DNA of 64,000 nt, taken from positions 13,392,001 through 13,456,000 of the forward strand of contig JBHGNT010000017.1 of the NCBI GenBank assembly GCA_043228905.1, in the 5' to 3' direction. The position numbers were made by a program, and so were the translations under genes. The notes beneath the pieces were generated by a model. That model searched no databases. It had not been told where the DNA came from and worked only from the letters and a program-made list of their open reading frames with translations. The stretch is from Azolla caroliniana (lineage: Eukaryota; Plantae; Polypodiophyta). Shown here one piece after another: positions 12,989 to 22,896 of the stretch (its first letter is position 1; each line of letters begins with the position of its first letter).

Positions 12989-15029
12989 TGTTGACCAGAC
13001 AAGCTCAATTGGATCTGGATCGGCTGAAAAAGCTAGAGCTGGATCGGAGTCCAAAACGAAGAGCCGGATCGGTGTCCGGAACCAGGAGCCGGATCGGATT
13101 GGAACCGGTAGGCCGTTAGAGGCCTATGAATCTAGCCTAGTTCCTAGACATATTTTTTGGGAGTAAATGTCAGTCACTCGTATGAGCATTGAAGTACATG
13201 TCAGTACTTCTATCAGTCCGTGTAAGGACTTGTATAAAAGTGCTCAACCAAGCACATTGTATGTACAAAGTGTGATTATTTTGAATTTCATTTATGCTTT
13301 CTGTTCTCTCTGTCTCTCCTATGTATTCTCTATTCTTAAGCTTCCATTAAACCTTCATTCTTTGTTTTATTGTTGTAATCCGACTGAGCCGGTTTGTCTA
13401 CAAGCTTCCGCACGCTATTCTTTACATGGTACTAGAGTGAGAGGGTTGAGAACCTCTGTTGCCGACAAGCGCTTTTCTGAAGACCTTAACCACCAGTAAA
13501 AGAATAGACTGAAAAGAGAAGGTATGGATAGAAGCATGGCGAGCTCGCTTCCTACAGAGAAGCTCGACTGGAGCAACTATGCATCCTAGTTGTATAAAAT
13601 GCACTAGTACCTGCTGGGGCACAAATACTGGAACTACGTGGAAGGAGCAAATGTAGCAACGCCGGATTCGGCACACAAGGACTTCCCGGTATGGGAACAA
13701 GGAGCGAGCTGAGTAGTTTACTATCTTGCATCCTATGTGCACAACCAGATGCTTGACTACATCATGGATGCAAAAACGCTGAAAGAGGCCTGGGAAAATC
13801 TCCGAAAGATTTTCGCCACAAGTACCACGGCTCGGAAGTTGTAGCTCCGGCAAGAGCTTAACAATATCTAGCAACGAAACATGTCAGTAATCGACTACGC
13901 CACCAAAATCAAGGAGATTTGCGATGCACTCGGGTCCATCAATGTGATGGTGGACAAGGACGAGATGGTTCAGATTTGCCTCGATGGTCTAGCACACCGG
14001 TACAGACCAATCGGGACGGCAATTTGCACCTAGGAGAAACCATTGTCCTTCTTTGACCTATAATCGATGTTGATGGTCAAAGAAAACCACGTGAGTGGGT
14101 CAGGAACCACTCAATTAGACAACCGGATGCTGTATATGGAGGCAGATCGGCCCCATGGGTGTGGGGGACAAGGTGGGTCGGCATGCAATTGTAGCGTCCG
14201 GCAAGAGTAGAACCGGAGGCACAATGATGGTGCCGACACCAGTTCCAACCCTCCACAAGCAGGGAGAGTTAAAGTGGCGTCGAAAACCGGCAAGGGAAAG
14301 CCAACACAAAATGTTGGTATTGTGGCAAGAAAGGCCACCGAGAAAGCGAGTGTTGGAAGAAGAGCACCGATTCGGATAAATCCGTATTTGTCAAGGTCGG
14401 ACAAGGAAACCGGCAAAGATCCACTACGCAGAAGGATTCGGAACCCGTAAGACCGGAAAAGGGCCAAATTTTGTAATTTTGTAATGAAACACAAGGTGAA
14501 CTGGATGAAGTTTATGGAAAATCCGGAGCAACCGGGAGTTGTCGAAATCGGAGACGACACTCCTCACCCGATTGTGCATGTCAGAGAAGTCCCTTTAAGC
14601 CATGTCGGAGAAAAGGGAAAGTTGATGAATCTACTACATGTTCCGACAATCACAAAGAGCCCAGTGTCAGTCGGGCATATCATCGACCAGGGGATGCAGG
14701 TGCAGTTTATGCACATTGGGTGCTTCATTGAGGAAGAGGGCCAGATTATGTCGCAAGGACGCCGGGACGGGAGGATGTTTATTCTCAACACCAACGACGT
14801 AGGCACCACTTTGTTCAAAAAGGGTTAGAAGATCGAAGCAGATATCGATTTGTGGCACGAGCGGATCGGCCACATCAACTATCAGAGGCTTCAAGACCTG
14901 CAATTAAAACAGGTTGTTTTCGGATTGCCAAAATTTAGTGGCCAGAAGGCCCAAATTTGTGAAGCCTGCCAGCTCGGAAAGCAACACCGTCTTCCATTCC
15001 CCACCGAAATAACTAGAGCCGTAACAAGT
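12989..15029 (+). mobile_element. Related Ty1/copia 5' half: LTR 12989-13426, PBS, degenerate gag to GAG-pre-integrase
   Basis: LTR homologous to 11092, degenerate PBS TGGTACTAGAGT, and WHERIGHINYQRL..CEACQLGKQHRLPF. Confidence 0.9.
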
Positions 15030-15562
15030 TGTTGGGAAATCGGTCTCTCCGGATGGGATCCGGTGATGAATAAAGAGGACTCGGTGAGAACCGGAAGAGA
15101 TCCGGAAACCGGATCAGTGGACCCGGTGAGAACCAGAAAAGAAGACAAATTTGTAAATATGTCTTGAATAAGCCCATTGAGGCTATATTTGTAAATAGCC
15201 CTAAGTTCATATAACTATAAATATGACTTAGGGCAATCACTTTATACGTTGTTATTGTTGTTGTCATATTGTTGTAACCATTGTACAGAGTGAGAGAGAT
15301 ATAGAGTGATACTCTGTTGTAGCCGCCACTGTGCAAAGAAACAGAGCTCGAGGTTGTTGCCTCCGAGTCTCTAATTGTACGTCCTCTCTTCATAATGATA
15401 GTTCAGAGTCTGTGGGCTCCCGTCGTTATTCCCTATTAGGGTTTTCCACGTAAACATCCTATGTCACTTTCTTGTGTACTTTTATTCATTCCCATTTCTG
15501 TGTTCAAGACTCGATTGTGGTCGAACAATATTCCGCGTATTTCTCTTCAAACTGGTATCAGA
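15030..15562 (+). mobile_element. Copia LTR (15030-15549) plus partial PBS, related to the intact element at 17498
   Basis: Starts TGTTGGG, shares TGAGGCTATATTTGTAAATA and TATAAATATGACTTAGGGCAA with the 17498 LTR. TGGTATCAGA at 15553-15562. Confidence 0.85.
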
Positions 15563-17497
15563 TAGAGAAGGAATTAGTACTAAAAGATGAGGATTAGTAC
15601 GAAGAGAGGTGTAGAACTCTCGAGAGAAGGAAAGAGTGAGCGAGAGAGAGAGAGAGAAAGGGTGAGAGAATGATGATAAAAGATATATATTATGTGAAGA
15701 GAGTATACACTAGTAGCTAGGATGCTTAAGACTGGCGTTGAACCGATTTGGTTCGAAATAATGCCTTGTGCTTCCTTTTATAGTGTTCTCAGGACTACTC
15801 TTGAAGTTTCTAGAATGTTCTAGAGAAATCTACAATATACATCAATTTTCTATAATAAAACATAAATGAAAATAATATTCTACGTATTACAATGTATGGT
15901 TTAATGGTCAAGAGCTCGACGCATGTAGCATAAGGTCATGGGTTTGAGTCTTCCCATATCATGACACTATCCCCCCTTTAAAACAACGAGTGTCACGAGT
16001 CGTTTTGGATTGAGGACCCGGTTCGTCTGGATATTGACGATGGAAGTCTTGAAGAAGAGCACCAGCATTGGTCACATTCTCTATCGGTTCCCAAGTACGC
16101 TCGTTGGGACTATATCCTAGCCAATCGACTAGATTGTAGAGCTTGTTACGAACAATCTTGGAATCAAGGATGGCGGCAACCTCGTACTCAGGTCCATCTT
16201 CAAGCTCAATCGGGGGTGGAGGCTGTGTAATACATCCTGGGATGGTGCTCTCTTGATAGGGTTCGAGGAGAGAACTATGAAACACCGGATGTATCTGAAG
16301 TTGCAGAGGTAGATCGAGACAAAAAGCGACATCATTAATCTTTCCTATAATACGAAAAGGACCTAATCGCCGATAATCCAACTTCTCGCATGGGCGAGTA
16401 GTCTTGATGTGTCGTCATAGTAGCCATACCCGATCTCCAATGTTAAAATTGGATGGAAGTCGATGACGATCCGCGTAAACCTTGTGTGTTTGTTGAGCTT
16501 GTTGGAGATGAGTAGATAAATCGGCTTGTATCTTGGGTAACCGCTTTAAACGACCCTCTGCGCAAGGATTTGTGGATAACTCTGGGGTTTCAAATACACA
16601 CCACCGGGGGTGAGAACCCATATAAACATAAAATGGCGTAACTTTAGTCGATGCGTGGACAGAGTTATTGTAGGCAAATTCAGCGAAGTGGAGAATATCT
16701 GCCCAGTCATCCCGATGATAGCTTAGAAAGCACCGAAGATACTGCTCCAACGTTTTATTTGCTCCTTCTGCTTGGCCATCGGTTTGTGGGTGGTAGTCGG
16801 AGGAGAGGTTACAAGTGACCTTGAGCATTTTAAAAAGGTGCTTCTAGAATTTCGATACGAACTGGGGTCCACAGTCGCTGATGATACTATCGGGAAGGCC
16901 ATGATGCCGAAATACTTCACGCATGACAATTTCAACGGTTTCTTCACTGGATATTTCCTTAGTACATGGCAAGAAATGAGCCATCTTCGTATATCGATCT
17001 ACGACTCTTAGAATTGCATTGAACCCCTTAGAGACTGGAAGATCTGTGATGAAGTCTGTATCTGAAGTTGCGGAGGTAGATCGAGACAAAAAGCGACATC
17101 ATTAATCTTTCCTATAATACGAAAAGGACCTAATCGCCGCTAATCCAACTTCTCGCATGGGCGAGTAGTCTTGATGTGTCGTCATAGTAGCCATACCCGA
17201 TCTCCAATGTTAAAATTGGATGGAAGTCGATGACGATCCGCGTAAACCTTGTGTGTTTGTTGAGCTTGTTGGAGATGAGTAGATAAATCGGCTTGTATCT
17301 TGCGTAACCGCTTTAAACGACCCTCTGCGCAAGGATTTGTGGATAACTCTGGGGTTTCAAATACACACCACCGGGGGTGAGAACCCATATAAACATAAAA
17401 TGGCGTAACTTTAGTCGATGCGTGGACAGAGTTATTGTAGGCAAATTCAGCGAAGTGGAGAATATCTGCCCAGTCATCCCGATGATAGCTTAGAAAG

Positions 17498-20400
17498 TGT
17501 TGGGATTACGGTCCCTCCGGATGGGATGGTCGGATGTCCGGGAATCGGGAATGAAGACCCGGTTCCGGATCCGGATGATGAAGACCCGGTTCCGGATCCG
17601 GATGATGAAGACCCCGACTACGGAGCCGGATGATGAAGACCCCGGCTACGGAGCCGGATGACGAATGTATCCAGAGAGAGAGATCCGGATGCGGGGACAT
17701 ATTTGTGAATATGTTTGCCAAGGGCCCTTGAGGCTATATTTGTAAATATCCCGAAAGTCATATGTGTATAAATATGACTTAGGGCAAACAGTTTTGCTGT
17801 TGTTGCTCATTTTCTGTTTTCCACTTAGAGGGAGCGAAGTGAGAGCAGCCGAGAGAGAGAGAGAGAGAAAGGAAGAGGTCGACGCCTCTGTGTAATACCG
17901 CCGCCTGTGTCGAGGACAGCGAGCTCAAGGTCGTCGCCTTGCAGCTCGCCATTGTACATTCCCTGCGTATAGTGATAGTTGGAGTCTTGCACTCCCGTGG
18001 TTTTTCCCGTTTAGGGTTTTCCACGCTAAACCCTGTGCATTCGAGTCTCTCTCTGTGTTTTGGATTTACTGCTGCACTGACTCGTGTTTCCTCGGTTGTG
18101 GCCGAGAGGTGAAGGTTTGAAACCGTCGATTTCTAACAATCTGGTATCAGAGCGACTGCAGTGCAGAAAATGGAAGGCGGCAGCAGCGGGCAGCCGGGGA
18201 TGATGGTGTTGAATGCGCAGAACTACGCCGACTGGAAGATAAAGATGGAGGATCTGCTCATTGTTCGGGACCTGTATGAACCGATCGACAGGTCGGAAAT
18301 ACCCAAGGGGGTACTTGAGACGGAATGGAGGCTTCTGAACCGGAAAGCCGTTGCAACCATTCGGCAATACGTCGACATGAGCGTTCTACAACATGTGGCG
18401 AACGACACCAACGCATATGAGATGTGGCGGAAGCTGTCGGGCCTCTACGAGAGGAAGAATGCGTTGAACCGGACCTCCCTGATGAGGAAGATAGTGAACC
18501 TCAAGTACCGGGACGGCGAGAGTATGGTGGAACACGTAAGCACGTTCATGGGACTCGTGAACCAGCTTGCGGCGATCAAGTTCCCGTTGGAGGATGCAAT
18601 GCAAGCCATCATCCTGATGTGTACATTGCCGGAAAGCTGGGAGAACCTGGTGGTGACTCTCAACACCTCCTGCACCGAAGATAACTTGTCCCTACAAATG
18701 GTAAAGACAAGCATTTTGAACGAAGAAGCGCGTCGGAGAGATAAAGAACCGGCCTCCGATCCGAAGATGCTGCTTTCTGAATCGGATCGGGGAAGACAAC
18801 GGAACCGGAGTCCGCAAAGACGGGAGAAGTCGGGGACCTGGTCGCAGTCAAGAGGAAGGCCCACATGCTTCCACTGTGGGAAGCCGGGGCACTTCCGAAA
18901 GAATTGTCGGCATTACCGAAAAGACAACGGAGCCGACGACACCGATTCGAAGAAGTCTTCGGAACGGAACGGTGCTTACCGGGGAGCCACGGACCGAAAT
19001 GGTTCGGATCGGCGAGGGCAGGACCGGAAAGGAACGACGGCACTCGCGGCAAGTGAAGAGGAGATCATGCTCATCACCGAAGAAGGTGAACTAAACATTG
19101 CCGGCGATGAGACTACCTGGGTGGTCGATTCCGGAGCGTCGTTCCACCTGACCCCGGAAAGAAGATACTTCTCATCCTACACAGCCGGTGAGCATGGCTG
19201 TGTTCGGATGGGAAATGAAGGTACGTGCCGGATTGCCGGCATAGGAGACGTGTGGTTGACAACCTCGACTGGATGCAAAATGTTGCTGAAGGATGTCCGA
19301 CACGTTCCGGAGGTTCGATTGAACCTGATTTCGGCCGGGAGGCTAGACGATGAAGGCTACACAGGTAGCATCTGGAACGGCGTAATGAAGTTCAGCAAGG
19401 GGAGCCTGATAGTGGCTCGGGCCCGGAAAGTCAACACACTGTACCTTATGAATGCCTGGTTGTGTCCGGAAGAGTTGAACGTGGCAGCCGACACTGCCGG
19501 TGAGCTGTGGCACAAGAGACTGTGCCACATGAGTGAGAAGGGGATGAAGAGGCTTGCAGAAGACAACCTTATTCCAGTGAAGCACGTGCACCTGGAGAAG
19601 TGCACCGATTGCCTGGCCGGTAAGCAGAACCGAACCTCCTTCCACTCAAGGCCACCGACGAGACGTAGCGCACCATTGGAGTTGGTGCACACTGACGTGT
19701 GTCAAGTAGAAACGAAGTCACATGGCGGAGCCCAGTACTTCGTGACATTCATTGATGACCACAGTCGGAAGCTGTGGACGGCACCGTTGAAGACAAAGGA
19801 CCAAGTGTTGTGCGTCTTCAAAGAACTCCACGCGAGAATGGAAAGGGAATCCGGCAAGAAGCTGAAAGCGATACGAGCGGATAACGGAGGGGAGTACCGG
19901 GGGCAGTTCGCGGAGTACTGTCGCTCGAAGGGAATCCGGCTCGAGTTTACTGTGCCGAAGACGCCGGAACTGAACGGGCTGGCCGAGAGGATGAACCGGA
20001 CCATAATGGAGAGGGTCCGGAGTATGCTGGCACATGCGAAATTACCCAAGGGGTTTTGGGCTGAGGCAATGTCGACGGCGACATACGTGATAAACAGATC
20101 ACCCTCAGTACCTTTGGACGGAGACACGCCGCAGAGAGTTTGGACCGGTAGGGAAGTGTCCTACCGGCATCTGAAGGTGTTCGGGTGTCTCGCATATGTG
20201 CATGTGGCAAAGGACCGGAGAGGAAAGCTAGATCCAAAGACCCGGCCATGCATATTCCTCGGTTACGGCGATGACGAGTTTGGCTACCGAGTATGGGACC
20301 CGGTCGACAAAAAGATATTCCGGAGTCGTGATATCATCTTCATGGAGGACAAGACACTCGCCGACTGGGAGTCGGAGAAGAAGATGAAGAGCTCCAAGTC

Positions 20401-22896
20401 GACCGGTGAGGATCAACTCTACGAGGAGCAGTCCCGACCGGCAAGGGACCGGTTAGCACTCGAGGATCCGGCCGAAGACGGTGAAGAAACAGAACCGGCC
20501 GAGGAAGATGAAACTGATACCGGAACCGGCCCCGATCCCGAAATGGATTCGGATGAAGAGGAAACGGAGGAGCCAGTTACCGAAGCTCCGGAACGGAGAT
20601 ATCCTCTAAGAGAGAGAAGGGCCCCCCGGAGATTTCCGGAACCAGAGCACGTGCTGCTAACCGACGAGGGGGAGCCGGAGAGTTTTGAAGAAGCAAAGCT
20701 TGACACCCATAGCCGCAGGTGGTTAAGTGCCATGCAGGAGGAGATGGATTCCCTGCATGAGAACCACACATATGAACTTGTGGAGTTGCCGAAAGGAAAG
20801 CGGGCACTTCGAAACAAGTGGGTGTTCAAGCTGAAACCGGGAGATGCCGGAAACCCCCCGAGATACAAAGCCAGGATCGTGGTGAAGGGGTTCCAGCAGA
20901 AGAAGGGCGTCGACTTCGACGAGATATTTGCCCCGGTAGTGAAGATGACCTCCATCCGGACGGTGCTGAGCATAGCGGCAAGCATGGACCTCGAGGTAGA
21001 ACAAATGGACGTGAAGACGGCATTCCTTCACGGTGACCTCAAAGAAGAGATCTACATGCAGCAACCGGAAGGATTCGAGAAGAAAGGGAAGGAGCACCTG
21101 GTATGCCGGTTGAAGAAGAGCCTTTACGGACTGAAGCAGGCTCCCCGGCAATGGTACCGGAAGTTCGACTCCTTCATGACCGACGAAGGGTACCACAAAA
21201 CGCAGTCCGATCACTGCGTGTTTGTGAAGAAGTTCGAAGGAGGAGACTTTCTAATACTCCTCCTGTACGTGGACGACATGTTGATCGTCGGACGGGACCA
21301 GGTCCAGATACGGATGCTGAAGAAAGCGCTTCACCGAACCTTCTCAATGAAGGACCTGGGTCCGGCGAGACAAATACTAGGGATGCACATCATCCGGGAC
21401 CGGAAGAAGAAGCAGTTGTGGCTGTCACAGGAGAAGTACGTGACAAAGGTGCTTCACCGGTTCAACATGTCGGAAGCAAGACCGGTCGGTTCAACCCTCC
21501 CGGCAAACTGCAAGTTGTCCAGCAAGCAAAGCCCCAAGACAAAGGCTGAGAAGGAGGACATGATGAAAGTACCATATGCCTCTGCCGTCGGAAGCTTGAT
21601 GTACGCAATGGTGTGTACAAGACCGGACATAGGATATGCAGTCGGAGTGGTGAGCCGGTACATGAGCAATCCCGGCAAAGAGCACTGGAACGCGGCCAAG
21701 TGGATACTCCGATACCTGAAGGGCACGGCAAACGTGTGCCTCCGATTCGGCTCCGGTAAGCCCGAACTCGACGGCTTTACCGATTCGGATATGTCGGCTG
21801 ATGCAGATACCAGCCGGTCCACATCAGGGTATGTGATGACGTATGCAGGGGGAGCCGTTTCGTGGCAGTCGAGGCTGCAGAAGACGGTTGCGTTGTCAAC
21901 CACGGAGGCGGAGTACATGGCGGCTGTTGAAGCCGGCAAGGAAATGATATGGATGAAGGACTTCATTAGAGAGCTCGGTATCCGGCAGGAGGAGTACCGA
22001 CTCTACTGCGACAGTCAGAGCGCCATTCACCTTGCGAAGAACGCGGCCTATCACTCCCGGACGAAGCACATCCAGCGAAGATATCACTGGATCCGGGAAA
22101 GGATAGAAGACCAGGAGTTCGTGCTGACGAAGATCCACACGGACGAGAACGGGTCAAATATGCTGACCAAAGTGCTCACACCCGACAAGCTGGGAGCGTG
22201 CCGGAAGAGGGTCGGACTGGAAAGACATCCCATGCCGAAGTGAAGGGGGAGTTTGTTGGGATTACGGTCCCTCCGGATGGGATGGTCGGATGTCCGGGAA
22301 TCGGGAATGAAGACCCGGTTCTGGATCCGGATGATGAAGACCCGGTTCCGGATCCGGATGATGAAGACCCCAGCTACGGAGCCGGATGATGAAGACCCCG
22401 GCTACGGAGCCGGATGACGAATGTATCCGGAGAGAGAGATCCGGATGCGGGGACATATTTGTGAATATGTTTGCCAAGGGCCCTTGAGGCTATATTTGTA
22501 AATATCCCGAAAGTCATATGTGTATAAATATGACTTAGGGCAAACAGTTTTGCTGTTGTTGCTCATTTTCTGTTTTCCACTTAGAGGGAGCGAAGTGAGA
22601 GCAGCCGAGAGAGAGAGAGAGAGAGAAAGGAAGAGGTCGACGCCTCTGTGTAATACCGCCGCCTGTGTCGAGGACAGCGAGCTCAAGGTCGTCGCCTTGC
22701 AGCTCGCCATTGTACATTCCCTGCGTATAGTGATAGTTGGAGTCTTGCACTCCCGTGGTTTTTCCCGTTTAGGGTTTTCCACGCTAAACCCTGTGCATTC
22801 GAGTCTCTCTCTGTGTTTTGGATTTACTGCTGCACTGACTCGTGTTTCCTCGGTTGTGGCCGAGAGGTGAAGGTTTGAAACCGTCGATTTCTAACA
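17498..22896 (+). mobile_element. Full-length young Ty1/copia retrotransposon (Tork/Tnt1-like)
   Basis: LTRs 17498-18138 and 22254-22896 are almost identical. TSD GAAAG, PBS TGGTATCAGAGC at 18142-18153, PPT near 22238-22253, single intact ORF. Confidence 0.98.
18170..22243 (+). CDS. Copia gag-pol polyprotein (GAG-PR-IN-RT-RH), 1357 aa
   Basis: CFHCGKPGHFRKNC, WVVDSGAS, WHKRLCH..CTDC, VHTD..ADNGGEY..NGLAER, MDVKTAFLHG, LYVDD, FTDSD, STTEAEY, CDSQSAI. Confidence 0.97.
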   Translation: MEGGSSGQPGMMVLNAQNYADWKIKMEDLLIVRDLYEPIDRSEIPKGVLETEWRLLNRKAVATIRQYVDMSVLQHVANDTNAYEMWRKLSGLYERKNALNRTSLMRKIVNLKYRDGESMVEHVSTFMGLVNQLAAIKFPLEDAMQAIILMCTLPESWENLVVTLNTSCTEDNLSLQMVKTSILNEEARRRDKEPASDPKMLLSESDRGRQRNRSPQRREKSGTWSQSRGRPTCFHCGKPGHFRKNCRHYRKDNGADDTDSKKSSERNGAYRGATDRNGSDRRGQDRKGTTALAASEEEIMLITEEGELNIAGDETTWVVDSGASFHLTPERRYFSSYTAGEHGCVRMGNEGTCRIAGIGDVWLTTSTGCKMLLKDVRHVPEVRLNLISAGRLDDEGYTGSIWNGVMKFSKGSLIVARARKVNTLYLMNAWLCPEELNVAADTAGELWHKRLCHMSEKGMKRLAEDNLIPVKHVHLEKCTDCLAGKQNRTSFHSRPPTRRSAPLELVHTDVCQVETKSHGGAQYFVTFIDDHSRKLWTAPLKTKDQVLCVFKELHARMERESGKKLKAIRADNGGEYRGQFAEYCRSKGIRLEFTVPKTPELNGLAERMNRTIMERVRSMLAHAKLPKGFWAEAMSTATYVINRSPSVPLDGDTPQRVWTGREVSYRHLKVFGCLAYVHVAKDRRGKLDPKTRPCIFLGYGDDEFGYRVWDPVDKKIFRSRDIIFMEDKTLADWESEKKMKSSKSTGEDQLYEEQSRPARDRLALEDPAEDGEETEPAEEDETDTGTGPDPEMDSDEEETEEPVTEAPERRYPLRERRAPRRFPEPEHVLLTDEGEPESFEEAKLDTHSRRWLSAMQEEMDSLHENHTYELVELPKGKRALRNKWVFKLKPGDAGNPPRYKARIVVKGFQQKKGVDFDEIFAPVVKMTSIRTVLSIAASMDLEVEQMDVKTAFLHGDLKEEIYMQQPEGFEKKGKEHLVCRLKKSLYGLKQAPRQWYRKFDSFMTDEGYHKTQSDHCVFVKKFEGGDFLILLLYVDDMLIVGRDQVQIRMLKKALHRTFSMKDLGPARQILGMHIIRDRKKKQLWLSQEKYVTKVLHRFNMSEARPVGSTLPANCKLSSKQSPKTKAEKEDMMKVPYASAVGSLMYAMVCTRPDIGYAVGVVSRYMSNPGKEHWNAAKWILRYLKGTANVCLRFGSGKPELDGFTDSDMSADADTSRSTSGYVMTYAGGAVSWQSRLQKTVALSTTEAEYMAAVEAGKEMIWMKDFIRELGIRQEEYRLYCDSQSAIHLAKNAAYHSRTKHIQRRYHWIRERIEDQEFVLTKIHTDENGSNMLTKVLTPDKLGACRKRVGLERHPMPK

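Noticed and set aside
18223-22157. Many antisense and alternative-frame ORFs over the copia polyprotein
   Set aside because: Expected from high GC content, with no recognisable domains.
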